This document shows positions 54,731 to 64,000 of a stretch of DNA of 64,000 nt, one piece after another. A program made the position numbers and the translations under genes. Origin of the DNA: a virus; the IMG/VR virus record IMGVR_UViG_3300022928_002150, positions 1 to 64,000 of that record. One strand, 5' to 3'. Position 1 is the first letter of the stretch; the number at the start of each line of letters is the position of its first letter. The notes below the pieces were generated by a model. It did no database searches. It was not told where the DNA came from and worked only from the letters and a program-made list of their open reading frames with translations.

Positions 54731-56504
54731 AAGCTAGACATCCTTCATCATCTAAGCTATCAAATATATACTGACGAAGAGCCTCATCAGATACATTTTC
54801 TGCTCTTTTGTACGCTTCACTTCTGAGATAGTAAAGAGTCTTTACACCTCTTTTCCATGCCATCATATGAATAGCGTGTAGTTCTTGCTTGGATACATTT
54901 GCAGGAAAGAATACGTTTAATGACTGACTCTGACATATAAACTCCTGCCTATCGGCTGCAAGATCAATAATCCACTTCTGGTCTATCTCTACTGCTGTTT
55001 TAAAAACATCTTTAGTCCAATCATCTAGAAATTCTAGATGCTGCACAGAGCCTCCGTTCGTAGTAATACTTTTCCAAACTTCTTCAGTATCTTGATTTAG
55101 CTCTTGTAGAAGATTTTCAAGATATTCGTTTTTAAGTAAACTGCTACCGCTTTTAGTTTTTTGAGTAAAAGCATTAGCACGATATGGCTCAATAGAAGGA
55201 GATGTATTCCCACATATAATACTACTAGAGGCATTAGGAGCAACGGCCAGCAGATGTGCATTACGGACACCATGGCCCTCTCCATCAGGACACTCTCCTC
55301 GTTCGATGGCGAGTCGTTTTGTTTCATTTACAGCCTCTTCTTTAATTCTCTTGAACATAGTCATGTTCTTTCCTTTTGCCATTGCGCTTTCAAAAGGTAT
55401 ATTCTGCCTTTGTAAGTAGGCATGAAACCCCATAGCACCTAGGCCAATACTTCTTTCATTTTCCGCACTAAAGGACGCTTTCCATAGCTGTGGAGGAGCG
55501 CTCTTAATAAAGTGGGTGAGAACATTATCGAGCATTCTTACTAAGTCTGGTATAAATTGGTCGTTGTTTTTCCACTCGTCAAATTCTTCCAGATTTACAC
55601 TTGATAGACAACATACTGCTGTTCTCTCTTCATTTGTAGGTAAAGTAATTTCCGAGCATAGATTAGATTGATGCACTCGTAACCCAAGTTTTTGTTGAAA
55701 CTCAGGTACTGCTTTATCGACTGTATCCCGAAACACAATATAGGGCTCTCCTGTCTCTACGCGATTTTGAATTAATTTTACCCACAGTGTTTTTGCAGAT
55801 ACAACTTTCTTAACTTCTCCTGAGTGTGGATCAATTAGGGGCCATGAGTCATCAAACCCAGGCTCCCGTGTAGCACCTTCGATGAGTTGCATAAAATCAT
55901 CCCCAACCATAATACCATGATGAAGATTGGTAGATTTACGATTAATGTCTCCACCCGTAGGTTTACGAACATCCAAAAATTCTTCTACTTCAGGGTGAGA
56001 AATATCAAGGTATGCTGCATAGCTTCCACGACGTGTTACGCCCTGAGAGAAAGCAAGCATCTCAGCATCAACAACTTTTAGAAAAGGAATTACACCCGTA
56101 CTTTCGGAGCCATTGCTCGTTTTCGAGCCGACACTCCGAACCCCGGTCCAACAACCTCCGACCCCGCCACCGACTGACGATAAGAAAGCATTTTCAGTAT
56201 AATGGTCTGTTATACCTTCCCTACTATCATCCACATAATTTAAAAAACAACTAATTGGTAGCCCTCTCTTTGTACCTCCATTAGATAGAAGCGGAGTAGA
56301 GAACATAAACCACAGCTTACTAGCGTAGTCATATAATCTCTGTGCGTGCTCCTTATCGTCAGCAAAAGCACAAGCAGCTCTGGCGAAAGAATCTTGTGGA
56401 GAAGTCTCGCCCTCAATCATATATCTATCTTCTAGTGTTTTTAAACTAAACTCGGATAGATAGTTGTCTCTTTTATAGTTAATATTTATATTGTACTTAG
56501 GCAT
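54720..56504 (-). CDS. nrdA: class I ribonucleotide reductase alpha subunit (no ATP cone)
   Basis: PISCF, SNLCSEI, APNASSS, TLYY and C-terminal CLACEG motifs. Confidence 0.96.
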   Translation of the reverse strand: MPKYNININYKRDNYLSEFSLKTLEDRYMIEGETSPQDSFARAACAFADDKEHAQRLYDYASKLWFMFSTPLLSNGGTKRGLPISCFLNYVDDSREGITDHYTENAFLSSVGGGVGGCWTGVRSVGSKTSNGSESTGVIPFLKVVDAEMLAFSQGVTRRGSYAAYLDISHPEVEEFLDVRKPTGGDINRKSTNLHHGIMVGDDFMQLIEGATREPGFDDSWPLIDPHSGEVKKVVSAKTLWVKLIQNRVETGEPYIVFRDTVDKAVPEFQQKLGLRVHQSNLCSEITLPTNEERTAVCCLSSVNLEEFDEWKNNDQFIPDLVRMLDNVLTHFIKSAPPQLWKASFSAENERSIGLGAMGFHAYLQRQNIPFESAMAKGKNMTMFKRIKEEAVNETKRLAIERGECPDGEGHGVRNAHLLAVAPNASSSIICGNTSPSIEPYRANAFTQKTKSGSSLLKNEYLENLLQELNQDTEEVWKSITTNGGSVQHLEFLDDWTKDVFKTAVEIDQKWIIDLAADRQEFICQSQSLNVFFPANVSKQELHAIHMMAWKRGVKTLYYLRSEAYKRAENVSDEALRQYIFDSLDDEGCLACEG

Positions 56505-57339
56505 TGACTGCTACTCTCCTTCCAATATCCCTTAAATTGTCTGTTCCAATAGCATCATCACAATATGTTAATAAGTCCATTAGTTCATAATTTAGTAAAA
56601 TTTGTTCATAATTTTCATTAAGTGACTGAATATATTTATAGCTACCCGGAATGGGGCACGCGTCATAAATATTTAAAGCACTTCCAAACTCTTCTATAAG
56701 TCCTATCCCTCTTTTTGGGCCAATACCAGGAATTCCTGGTACATTGTCACCTTTATCCCCAGTTAAACACTTTAAAGAAATATATTCCTCAGGTTTACAA
56801 TCATAATGCTCCCCCCAGTTATCTAATGTTACTTCTTTTCTGGTAACATATGAAAATCTAGATACATTACTGCCTATAAGAAGGTCCCAATCCCTGTCGC
56901 TAGAGACTAGCCAGATGTTATCTAAATTGTATTTATCTTTATTTTTTACTAAGTGAGCTGCTATATCATCTGCTTCGACTCCCTCATAGCGTAAAATAGG
57001 GTATTTTTCACTTAAAGTTTCAAGAGTTGCTTCATACTCCTCAAAAAACTCCTCAAAAGCAAGTTTCTCTGCTTCTGTTTGATCTGCAAATTTTTCTTTT
57101 CTGTTCATCTTATACTCGGGCAAGATCATCTTTCTATAAGATGAAGAACCCCAATCCGCAGTTATAATAATATCTGCACATTTATAAGACTTTGCTAGAC
57201 TTTCTACAGTCTGAACATAATCATATCTAAAATCAGATCGACCTTGATGTTTCCATCTAAAGGCTAAATTTAAAGAGTCAACTACTAGTGTTGACCCCGC
57301 TGCAGGTTTTTCTACAGTATCTTTAAAATTAAATGCCAT
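56497..57339 (-). CDS. flap endonuclease / 5'-3' exonuclease (T5 D15-like)
   Basis: D.LNLAFR, EADD, SSDRDW and GDKGDNVPGIPGIGPKR motifs; start set at MAFNF (TAATG coupling). Confidence 0.93.
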   Translation of the reverse strand: MAFNFKDTVEKPAAGSTLVVDSLNLAFRWKHQGRSDFRYDYVQTVESLAKSYKCADIIITADWGSSSYRKMILPEYKMNRKEKFADQTEAEKLAFEEFFEEYEATLETLSEKYPILRYEGVEADDIAAHLVKNKDKYNLDNIWLVSSDRDWDLLIGSNVSRFSYVTRKEVTLDNWGEHYDCKPEEYISLKCLTGDKGDNVPGIPGIGPKRGIGLIEEFGSALNIYDACPIPGSYKYIQSLNENYEQILLNYELMDLLTYCDDAIGTDNLRDIGRRVAVNA

Positions 57340-57776
57340 TATATAAACCTTATTTCTTCTTTTTCTAACCACTCATCGGCTAATAGTATATAGCAACCCA
57401 AAAAATTAATATACATATAATCGATAGTATTTACAGGCTTTTCTGCGGTTACTACAAACACAGGGGATCTATTATACTTGAAAAACAACAGAGGTTCTTG
57501 ATCACCTCCCGCAGCTTGTTGTAAAAGTTTTACCCACCATCTAACAAGATTGTTTGTTTTTCTTGCAGTAAAAACCTTATCAGTAAGAGGGGATTCTGCA
57601 TAGTTTTTTACTTCTATACAGAATCTATTCTTTTCGTGGGGTATATATAGATCCCCCTTTAAGTACTCCAAAGCGCCTGAGTTTGGTACTCTCTCAAATT
57701 TAAGATCGGTACATTCCCTCAGCATATCTCTAACGAGGTACTCTCCTCTTGCACCTTTAGCCCTGCTATCTACCAT
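57339..57776 (-). CDS. T5 D14-like PD-(D/E)XK nuclease / Holliday junction resolvase
   Basis: DSRAKG.RGE, RVP.SGA, KGD and IEVK motifs. Confidence 0.88.
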   Translation of the reverse strand: MVDSRAKGARGEYLVRDMLRECTDLKFERVPNSGALEYLKGDLYIPHEKNRFCIEVKNYAESPLTDKVFTARKTNNLVRWWVKLLQQAAGGDQEPLLFFKYNRSPVFVVTAEKPVNTIDYMYINFLGCYILLADEWLEKEEIRFI

Positions 57777-57991
57777 TATGTTAACATCATTTCATAAAAC
57801 TGATTTACAACTTCTAGCTTTTCTTGGCACTCTGCCATTTTTTGTATTTCAGTCTCTATAGCTCCCAACACATCTGGGTGCTCCCCAATCCCTACAGGGT
57901 TATTTAAGTATACTAAAATATTTGCTTTATGGTACGCTATCTCTCCTTCAAATTTATGAGATAGAGCGTCCAATATAACTTCTTGGTGCAT
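57776..57991 (-). CDS. hypothetical phage protein
   Basis: YL.NPVGIGEHPD motif; operonic. Confidence 0.8.
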   Translation of the reverse strand: MHQEVILDALSHKFEGEIAYHKANILVYLNNPVGIGEHPDVLGAIETEIQKMAECQEKLEVVNQFYEMMLT

Positions 57992-57992
57992 T

Positions 57993-59789
57993 TTATTTCT
58001 CCAATCTACTGATATTATTATCTTTTACTACTTCTACTTTTTCTAGTAATGGGTGAGTCCACCCATGGCTTACTATATAAGTATTTAATGGTTCTTCAAG
58101 AAGCACTTCTACCAACTTTTCTCTACCTGTTTCATCTAATACATTTATGACTTCATCCAAGAATAGTATATTTATTCTTGATTTTGATATACTACTCATT
58201 AACTTTCTTATGGCTATTAGAGTGGCTGTGTTTACCCTAGCCAGCTCTCCTGACGAAAGTGCTTGTATATCAACTACATTACCATTATCCGTCACTTCTA
58301 CATTTAACTTATCGTTTTGTACTACAAACTCTAAGGTAAACTTACCGTCAGAAAGTTCCGCCAAATACATATTAGTCAAGTCTTCAAGTTCTTTTACTAA
58401 ATTTTCTATCTTATAAGCTACTAGGCCATTAGTGCTAAAAGCTTTTTTCAATACTTCTAGATTAGAAGAAACTTCTACTTGAGTCTTTAAATTAGTTTTT
58501 AACTCAGTTAACTCAGCTTGCATTTCCTGAGTCTGCTCTAGTATAACTTCTATTTTAGTGTTTTGGCGAGTTCTTCTTTCATTTTCTCTTGCTGTTTTTT
58601 CCAGCTCAGTTCTTGCTGCTCCCAAGCGTCCGCGAACGCTGTTGATGCGATCTTCAAGCTCTTTGCCATCCACAATAGATGTTGGTAAATCTTTATCGAT
58701 TGAACGATAAATTTCTTCCCACTCTCTTTGAATTTTAGCTTTCCTAGAGAAGTCTCTATTGTTTCTTTTAACATCTTCAATTTTTGTTTCAATGTTTGTA
58801 GCTTCTTCATTTAAAATCTCCACTAGACGCTCTTCGCCATGTATTATATGTGCTTTAAATTCTGCGTCTATCTCTTGCTCACATGTAGGACAATTATTGC
58901 CGAGAGACTGCATTTTTTGCAATAACTTTTTAGAAGCCTGGAGTTTACCGGAAATAGTCCCCATAGACTCCTGTAAACTATCATAAGACAGCGTCTCCTT
59001 TGCCTCTATCTTTTGTACCTCAACTATATTTATCTTACTGAGCAGTTCTTTATATTGAATATTCTTTAAAATTTTATTATTATTTTCGGAAATATTTTCT
59101 ATTTCTTTCGTAAGAAAGCGTAACTCCTTTTCGTCATCTTCCGTAGAAATTTGTAAATCTAACATTGGAAGTAGGGTAGTATCCTCCAATTTATTGTTTG
59201 ATAACCACTTTTCAATTGTAGCTACTTTAGCTTCAATTGTAGTCAAATTAGCTACACATTCACGACAAGCCTCTTTAAAAATATCAAAATAATTAACATA
59301 AATTTCTAGGTGCAACAAGTCAATAAGAAACTTCTTCCTATTGGTATCTGTCGCAGTAAGAAACTGTAAACTTGCATTAGTATTTTGATACACTAGCTGA
59401 GAGAAAGTCTTAAAATCTACTCCAAGGATTCCCTGAAGAGTTTTGTAAGTATTAGTAGCTGTATGGCTACTAATATCTTCTCCGTTTTTTGTAAGAACAA
59501 TTTTAATAGAAGTTTTTCTGTCTACACATACCTTGTATTGTGTACCGTCTTTACTAAAATCTAGTTCTATAGAATATCCACTATTGGTATATCTATTAGG
59601 TATATCAGCTTTTTTAATGCCTTTAGAGTTTTTATTATAAAGAGCTTCTTCAATAATTAATGGTATGGACGATTTGCCCATACCATTAGTTCCAACTATT
59701 TGAGTAACTGGACTCTCTGTTAGAATTAGCTCATTGTCTTTTCCGTAACTAAAACAGTTACTCCACTTCAACTTTTGCAGCGTAATCAT
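57993..59789 (-). CDS. SbcC/Rad50-like ATPase (T5 D13)
   Basis: GTNGMGKS, CPTC hook, LSSGE and LFLDE motifs. Confidence 0.93.
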   Translation of the reverse strand: MITLQKLKWSNCFSYGKDNELILTESPVTQIVGTNGMGKSSIPLIIEEALYNKNSKGIKKADIPNRYTNSGYSIELDFSKDGTQYKVCVDRKTSIKIVLTKNGEDISSHTATNTYKTLQGILGVDFKTFSQLVYQNTNASLQFLTATDTNRKKFLIDLLHLEIYVNYFDIFKEACRECVANLTTIEAKVATIEKWLSNNKLEDTTLLPMLDLQISTEDDEKELRFLTKEIENISENNNKILKNIQYKELLSKINIVEVQKIEAKETLSYDSLQESMGTISGKLQASKKLLQKMQSLGNNCPTCEQEIDAEFKAHIIHGEERLVEILNEEATNIETKIEDVKRNNRDFSRKAKIQREWEEIYRSIDKDLPTSIVDGKELEDRINSVRGRLGAARTELEKTARENERRTRQNTKIEVILEQTQEMQAELTELKTNLKTQVEVSSNLEVLKKAFSTNGLVAYKIENLVKELEDLTNMYLAELSDGKFTLEFVVQNDKLNVEVTDNGNVVDIQALSSGELARVNTATLIAIRKLMSSISKSRINILFLDEVINVLDETGREKLVEVLLEEPLNTYIVSHGWTHPLLEKVEVVKDNNISRLEK

Positions 59790-60717
59790 TAAATAATCCT
59801 ACTATATTTGATACGTTTGATTGATCTATTTCTAGTATATAGAGTAGATACTCCATAAGTTCTTCTGAAATAGACATATCTTTATCCATTATAAGTGCTG
59901 CCTCAGAATTTCTTTTAACAATTTTTTTGTCTAAAAGTTCTGAGTTTTTTATGTCTGCAAGTTGTTGTATGTCTCCCTCTATCTCATAAATTGTATGGTC
60001 ATACTCAGAGGAAATCATCTCTTCTTCAGTTAAAACTGTTTTTCTAAGCAACTGAGGAAGATCAAAGGGATCCCACCTCCAGCTCCAGTCACTCTCATTA
60101 ATAACAATATAACCCGTTGATACTTTATTTCTATGAAAAGATGTAGTCATTGGACTACCTGGGTATACTATATTTTTCTGAGTATTACTATGAGCGTGTA
60201 GGTCTCCCGCAAATACAACAGGAAAATCCTCTAACCTCTGTAAGTCCACCTCTGGCTTAACATGGGGAGGTATTTCACCGCGAACGTGAGTAAATAATGG
60301 AAATCTTGAATTAAGCCTCTCTATGCTACCAGGTCTATGTAAGTCTGCATATGGCAGAATACTAAAACCTAGGCTTTCATCAAAATAGGCAATATCTACT
60401 ATTTGTACTAATGGGTTTACATCTCTTGATACTTGTTTAAGCTGCGAGAAAAATGTAGTATTTTTCTTCGTAGCTTCGTGGTTACCATCATATATTATTG
60501 TTGGTATTTTTACATTTTTTATGAAACTGAAGTATAACTGTAGTTCTTCCATATTGGGAAGACGATCAAATAGATCGCCCCCAATAATGTGCATGTTACA
60601 TTCCAGCTCTAGCGAGTAGATTTGACTGAAAAATAGTTTATATCTATTTAAAGCCCAATCTTTAGGTACATTTTTCTGCCCTAATTTTATATGCCAGTCT
60701 GCTGTAAACAGTATCAT
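59758..60717 (-). CDS. SbcD/Mre11-like nuclease (T5 D12)
   Basis: ADWH, GGDLFD, GNHE, GDLH and YPGSP motifs. Confidence 0.93.
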   Translation of the reverse strand: MILFTADWHIKLGQKNVPKDWALNRYKLFFSQIYSLELECNMHIIGGDLFDRLPNMEELQLYFSFIKNVKIPTIIYDGNHEATKKNTTFFSQLKQVSRDVNPLVQIVDIAYFDESLGFSILPYADLHRPGSIERLNSRFPLFTHVRGEIPPHVKPEVDLQRLEDFPVVFAGDLHAHSNTQKNIVYPGSPMTTSFHRNKVSTGYIVINESDWSWRWDPFDLPQLLRKTVLTEEEMISSEYDHTIYEIEGDIQQLADIKNSELLDKKIVKRNSEAALIMDKDMSISEELMEYLLYILEIDQSNVSNIVGLFNDYAAKVEVE

Positions 60718-61349
60718 GCAATTTTAAACTCGTCTTCAATGCTTTCATCTATACCCGTATCTGATCGAGAATTATTAATTCTGTCTAAAAGCTCTTTCTG
60801 CGCATCTGGAGTAGGACGGGGCATAACATCATCCATTGACTTAAGATTTGCTACTAAAGATTTTTCAGTATCATCTAGGGGGCGCTTAGCTTGTTGGCAC
60901 TTAATCTGCTGCAGCTGATACTCTACATTGTAGGGCATGGGGCCTGTTTTTACTCGCTTAAAGCAAATGTCCCAACCATCTTCAAAATCAGTAGGATCGC
61001 CTAAGTCTTCTGCTACAGTGATAATTTGTTCCCACAGCTTCTTCTTGAGATTAATTACTTTTAATTCTCCATTGACCAAGCACTGAGTAGCATAGCTCCA
61101 GCCGCACTTTAAGTCAGGATAAAAGTCTTTAACCCAATCTTTTTCTTTGTTGTTAAAAGCTTCTGCGTTACGGTCAAATGACAGACACTCCAGAGGAATA
61201 TCTTTATCGTTTTCACCTTTTACCCAATACACGTATCTAGCGAGAATATCTCCTACTAAACGTAGTTTATTATCCCCTTCTACATACTGGTAGCTTGAAA
61301 TTGATGATTTTTGTGCGGAACCTTTTTGCTTGTTAAATGAAATTGCCAT
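60714..61349 (-). CDS. ssDNA-binding protein (T5 D11-like)
   Basis: RLVG.IL.RYVYW, LECLSFDR, KTGP...NVEY motifs; acidic tail. Confidence 0.85.
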   Translation of the reverse strand: MAISFNKQKGSAQKSSISSYQYVEGDNKLRLVGDILARYVYWVKGENDKDIPLECLSFDRNAEAFNNKEKDWVKDFYPDLKCGWSYATQCLVNGELKVINLKKKLWEQIITVAEDLGDPTDFEDGWDICFKRVKTGPMPYNVEYQLQQIKCQQAKRPLDDTEKSLVANLKSMDDVMPRPTPDAQKELLDRINNSRSDTGIDESIEDEFKIA

Positions 61350-61350
61350 G

Positions 61351-61755
61351 TTAGTGTATCTCCTTTTTTGTAACTTCTTCGTATTTAAAGTGAACTATGC
61401 CACGATCGTCTATACTAAGTAGTCTGTTTTCTATATATAAATTCCTATCAAGAGGCAGATTTACTGCTTTAATAGTAACGGTTTGTTGCGCTATGTATAA
61501 TGAAGTAAGCCTAAAAGCGGCTATTCCAAAATACTGTACGACTTCTTTTTTTGTATACTTATAACTATTATAAAATACTACTTCAGGGTGCAACATAAAA
61601 GACTGACCCTTAAAATTTATATTTGCCCATTTGTAGAGCCTGTCAAATTTATTGTTAGGTATAGTCTTATGCGTTAACATATCTAACACGTCGAATACAT
61701 CATTGACGTTTTTATTGCACGTTTCTATTATCTTTTCAAAGTCATAAAGTAACAT
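61351..61755 (-). CDS. hypothetical protein (T5-like, between D10 and D11)
   Basis: synteny; NRLL.I....VHFKYE C-terminus. Confidence 0.7.
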   Translation of the reverse strand: MLLYDFEKIIETCNKNVNDVFDVLDMLTHKTIPNNKFDRLYKWANINFKGQSFMLHPEVVFYNSYKYTKKEVVQYFGIAAFRLTSLYIAQQTVTIKAVNLPLDRNLYIENRLLSIDDRGIVHFKYEEVTKKEIH

Positions 61756-61757
61756 AT

Positions 61758-61798
61758 ATTATACCAAAAGTTTACCATATTGTCAAGCAATATTTTTT
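61758..61798 (-). promoter_or_regulatory. early promoter
   Basis: minus strand TTGACA-N17-TATAAT with an A-rich UP element. Confidence 0.75.
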
Positions 61799-63081
61799 TA
61801 AAGCTGTTTAATATTGTAGCCTTGTTTTATGTAGTGTCCCATTCTCTGTGATGCTTGGTTCGACGCAGTTTTTCCTACCAAGTGTATATCTAAAATTACG
61901 GGGGTTAATTTACCTTCCTCTTTTCTAACTACTCGTCCTATTAACTGGGTCAATAAAGGCTCATTATTTATAGGAGTACCTAAAATTAGGCAACTTAAGC
62001 AGTTTAGTGAGATACCTTCAGAGAAAATAGCTTGTGTACCAAATAATACATTAAACCGACCAGCCTCCACCTGAGACATGATTGTTTCTCTTTGATCTTG
62101 TGCTACCTCACCCGTAACACAAGCAGCATTATCCCCAACCAGTTCGGCGCAAGCTTTTAAAAAGCTCACGCGGTCGCTTACTACCAGCACTTTGTGCCCT
62201 CGGGCTGCGTAACTAGAAGCTAACAGGGCTACCGAGTGTCTGTACTCTTCATTATTAGTTAGATTGTTTACTCTATTAGCCCAGGGTATGTTAGCTCCGT
62301 CCATAAAACGCGTTTGAGACCTAAATATATGTATTTCTGGTTGCATAAAGTTTTCTTTGGGTGGTTTAAATACTTTTGATCCAAAGTAATCTTTGAAAAC
62401 TATATGCTTACCGTCTTTTCTTTCAATAGTTCCTGATAGGCCTATTTTATACCTTGCGTGGTTAGCATCTATAATTTTAGCAAAAGTAGGAGAGGACACA
62501 TGGTGCATCTCGTCTAGTATAATACAGCCAAACTCTTTAGAGATTTCTGGCAGTTTTCTATACAGACTTTGAGTATTGCCTATTGTAATTAGATCTCCTA
62601 TTTCAAAATTACCACTACCTATAATTCCTGGAATTATTCCAAATACTTTCTCAACCTCTTTAGCCCATTGAGTCCTTAACGGTACAGTATGAACTACAAT
62701 AAGAGTTTTTTGTTTTAGCTTTCCTGCTATAGCGAGCGCGGTAAATGTCTTACCCCAGCTTACCCAAGCATTAATAATTGAACTATCGTCAATTTCATCA
62801 TAAACATCCTGCTGGCTTTTTCTCAGTGAGAAACGAAACTCAGGAAATTCTACTGGTTTATACACCCTTCTATCTACTATTTCATGGGTTTTAGGGATTA
62901 GATCCTCTCTGCCAGAAGGAATAGATACTAACTCAGAACTAACTCTGCTCATATTTTTAATTACAATGGGAGGGTCTGTAGGCATAGGAGCAGGCACAAC
63001 ATACGTTAGCTGTTTATTGAGCCACTCTTTGTATCTCCCATCTACTGAGAGAAAAATTCTATTGCCTAGTACTGCTTTCAT
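61798..63081 (-). CDS. SF2 DNA helicase (T5 D10/UvsW-like)
   Basis: SWGKT, DEMHH, LSGT and QLIGRVVR motifs. Confidence 0.92.
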   Translation of the reverse strand: MKAVLGNRIFLSVDGRYKEWLNKQLTYVVPAPMPTDPPIVIKNMSRVSSELVSIPSGREDLIPKTHEIVDRRVYKPVEFPEFRFSLRKSQQDVYDEIDDSSIINAWVSWGKTFTALAIAGKLKQKTLIVVHTVPLRTQWAKEVEKVFGIIPGIIGSGNFEIGDLITIGNTQSLYRKLPEISKEFGCIILDEMHHVSSPTFAKIIDANHARYKIGLSGTIERKDGKHIVFKDYFGSKVFKPPKENFMQPEIHIFRSQTRFMDGANIPWANRVNNLTNNEEYRHSVALLASSYAARGHKVLVVSDRVSFLKACAELVGDNAACVTGEVAQDQRETIMSQVEAGRFNVLFGTQAIFSEGISLNCLSCLILGTPINNEPLLTQLIGRVVRKEEGKLTPVILDIHLVGKTASNQASQRMGHYIKQGYNIKQL

Positions 63082-63083
63082 AA

Positions 63084-63788
63084 TTAAAGTCCCAAGGTTT
63101 CTTTTGAAGTTATATATTCTTTTACGAAGTCACTTCTAACTATATCTTTTATTTCAAAATCTATAAAATCGAAACATTCCATAGCTTTAAGTATTCGTAT
63201 AAAGTCTCTTAAGCCGCTCTGACGTAAATCAGACTGTCGAAAGTCTCCACATAATATTACTCTGCAATTCTCTCCTATTCGAGTAATAATTGAGTCTAGC
63301 TCGTGAAAAGACATATTTTGACACTCATCTATAAGAATTGTAGCATTTCTTAGTGTAATGCCACGCACAAAAGAGGTTGTCATAAAATGAACTACGTACT
63401 TACTTTTTAAAACTTCGTATGCATCGCCCCTCTCAAACAGATCTATACATATATCCTTATATGGCTCCTCATATACGGAAGCCTTATCTTTTTCTGTACC
63501 TGGTAAAAAGCCTATATCCCTAGTAGATACTGCACTTCTAACTATCACTAGTTTTTCATACAACCCCTTGAATATATCGTCAAATGCCAGATATGAGGAT
63601 ATATAAGTTTTACCCGTTCCAGCGACTCCATGTAAGATTAAGTTTTTTTCGCTCTCAAATGCGAGTACTTGGTTTCTTGTTAGAGGTTCTACTGTTTTTA
63701 ATTTTAAATTAATAGCATTTAAGGTTTTAGGCTTGTGGCGTCTAGCGCCTCTATTTTGGCCTTTTACATTATTTATTTTGGATACCAA
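63084..63788 (-). CDS. phoH: PhoH-family ATPase
   Basis: GVAGTGKT, IGFLPG, RGITL, DECQN, TRIGE, GD..QSD and DIVRS motifs. Confidence 0.95.
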   Translation of the reverse strand: MVSKINNVKGQNRGARRHKPKTLNAINLKLKTVEPLTRNQVLAFESEKNLILHGVAGTGKTYISSYLAFDDIFKGLYEKLVIVRSAVSTRDIGFLPGTEKDKASVYEEPYKDICIDLFERGDAYEVLKSKYVVHFMTTSFVRGITLRNATILIDECQNMSFHELDSIITRIGENCRVILCGDFRQSDLRQSGLRDFIRILKAMECFDFIDFEIKDIVRSDFVKEYITSKETLGL

Positions 63789-63792
63789 TTTA

Positions 63793-64000
63793 TTATACCT
63801 TTCTGCGCGTATCTTTTTTCGGTCCTTCAGAATACTCGTAGAGCATATAAGGCCATTCTTTTAAATACAAAATCCCTGCGTATCGTTGGCCCGTTTCAGG
63901 AGGCCTCGGTACTCTAAAAGGAGGTATTTTTTTGCATATAATAAAAGAACTACCCTCTGCTTTATGTACTTTGTTAATATGTTTGTATTTTAAAGTACAC
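63793..64000 (-). CDS. partial hypothetical protein (3' end; T5-like gene upstream of D10)
   Basis: read manually: ...PFRVPRPP....YAGILY....YMLYEYSEGPKKDTRRKV*. Confidence 0.65.
   Translation of the reverse strand, partial: CTLKYKHINKVHKAEGSSFIICKKIPPFRVPRPPETGQRYAGILYLKEWPYMLYEYSEGPKKDTRRKV

Noticed and set aside
53589-63081. Introns or inteins in nrdA, nrdB or the helicase
   Set aside because: Genes are of normal length with continuous motifs.

Overview
The window is part of a lytic T5-like (Demerecviridae-type) siphophage genome, probably aquatic and probably infecting a proteobacterium. It appears to read through the terminal-repeat junction. 1-520: first early genes (-). ~530-1215: non-coding, repeat- and palindrome-rich tract at the position of T5's injection-stop region. 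1218-3837: compact, GC-richer pre-early operon (-): PPK2, DEDDh exonuclease, HAD phosphatase, A2-like protein and three small membrane proteins; no A1. ~3900-4250: non-coding putative genome end. 4292-53281: late/morphogenesis block (+): TerS, a ~20 kb insert with a 4647-aa repeat/beta-propeller protein, TerL, nicking HNH, portal, protease-capsid fusion, T5-type neck and tube, tape measure, three gpM-like paralogs and a lambda-type L/K/I/J tail tip. 53310-64000: replication block (-): nrdB, nrdA, D15, D14, D13, D12, D11, D10, phoH. The most notable signals are in the putative first-injected DNA: a perfect chromosomal parS palindrome (1194-1209), and a sigma54 promoter with IHF site and FleQ-like palindromes (3940-4075). 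Together they bracket a PPK2-containing operon, which suggests the phage recruits host ParB/SMC and sigma54 machinery during entry. All family assignments come from motif recognition and gene order; no database search was run.
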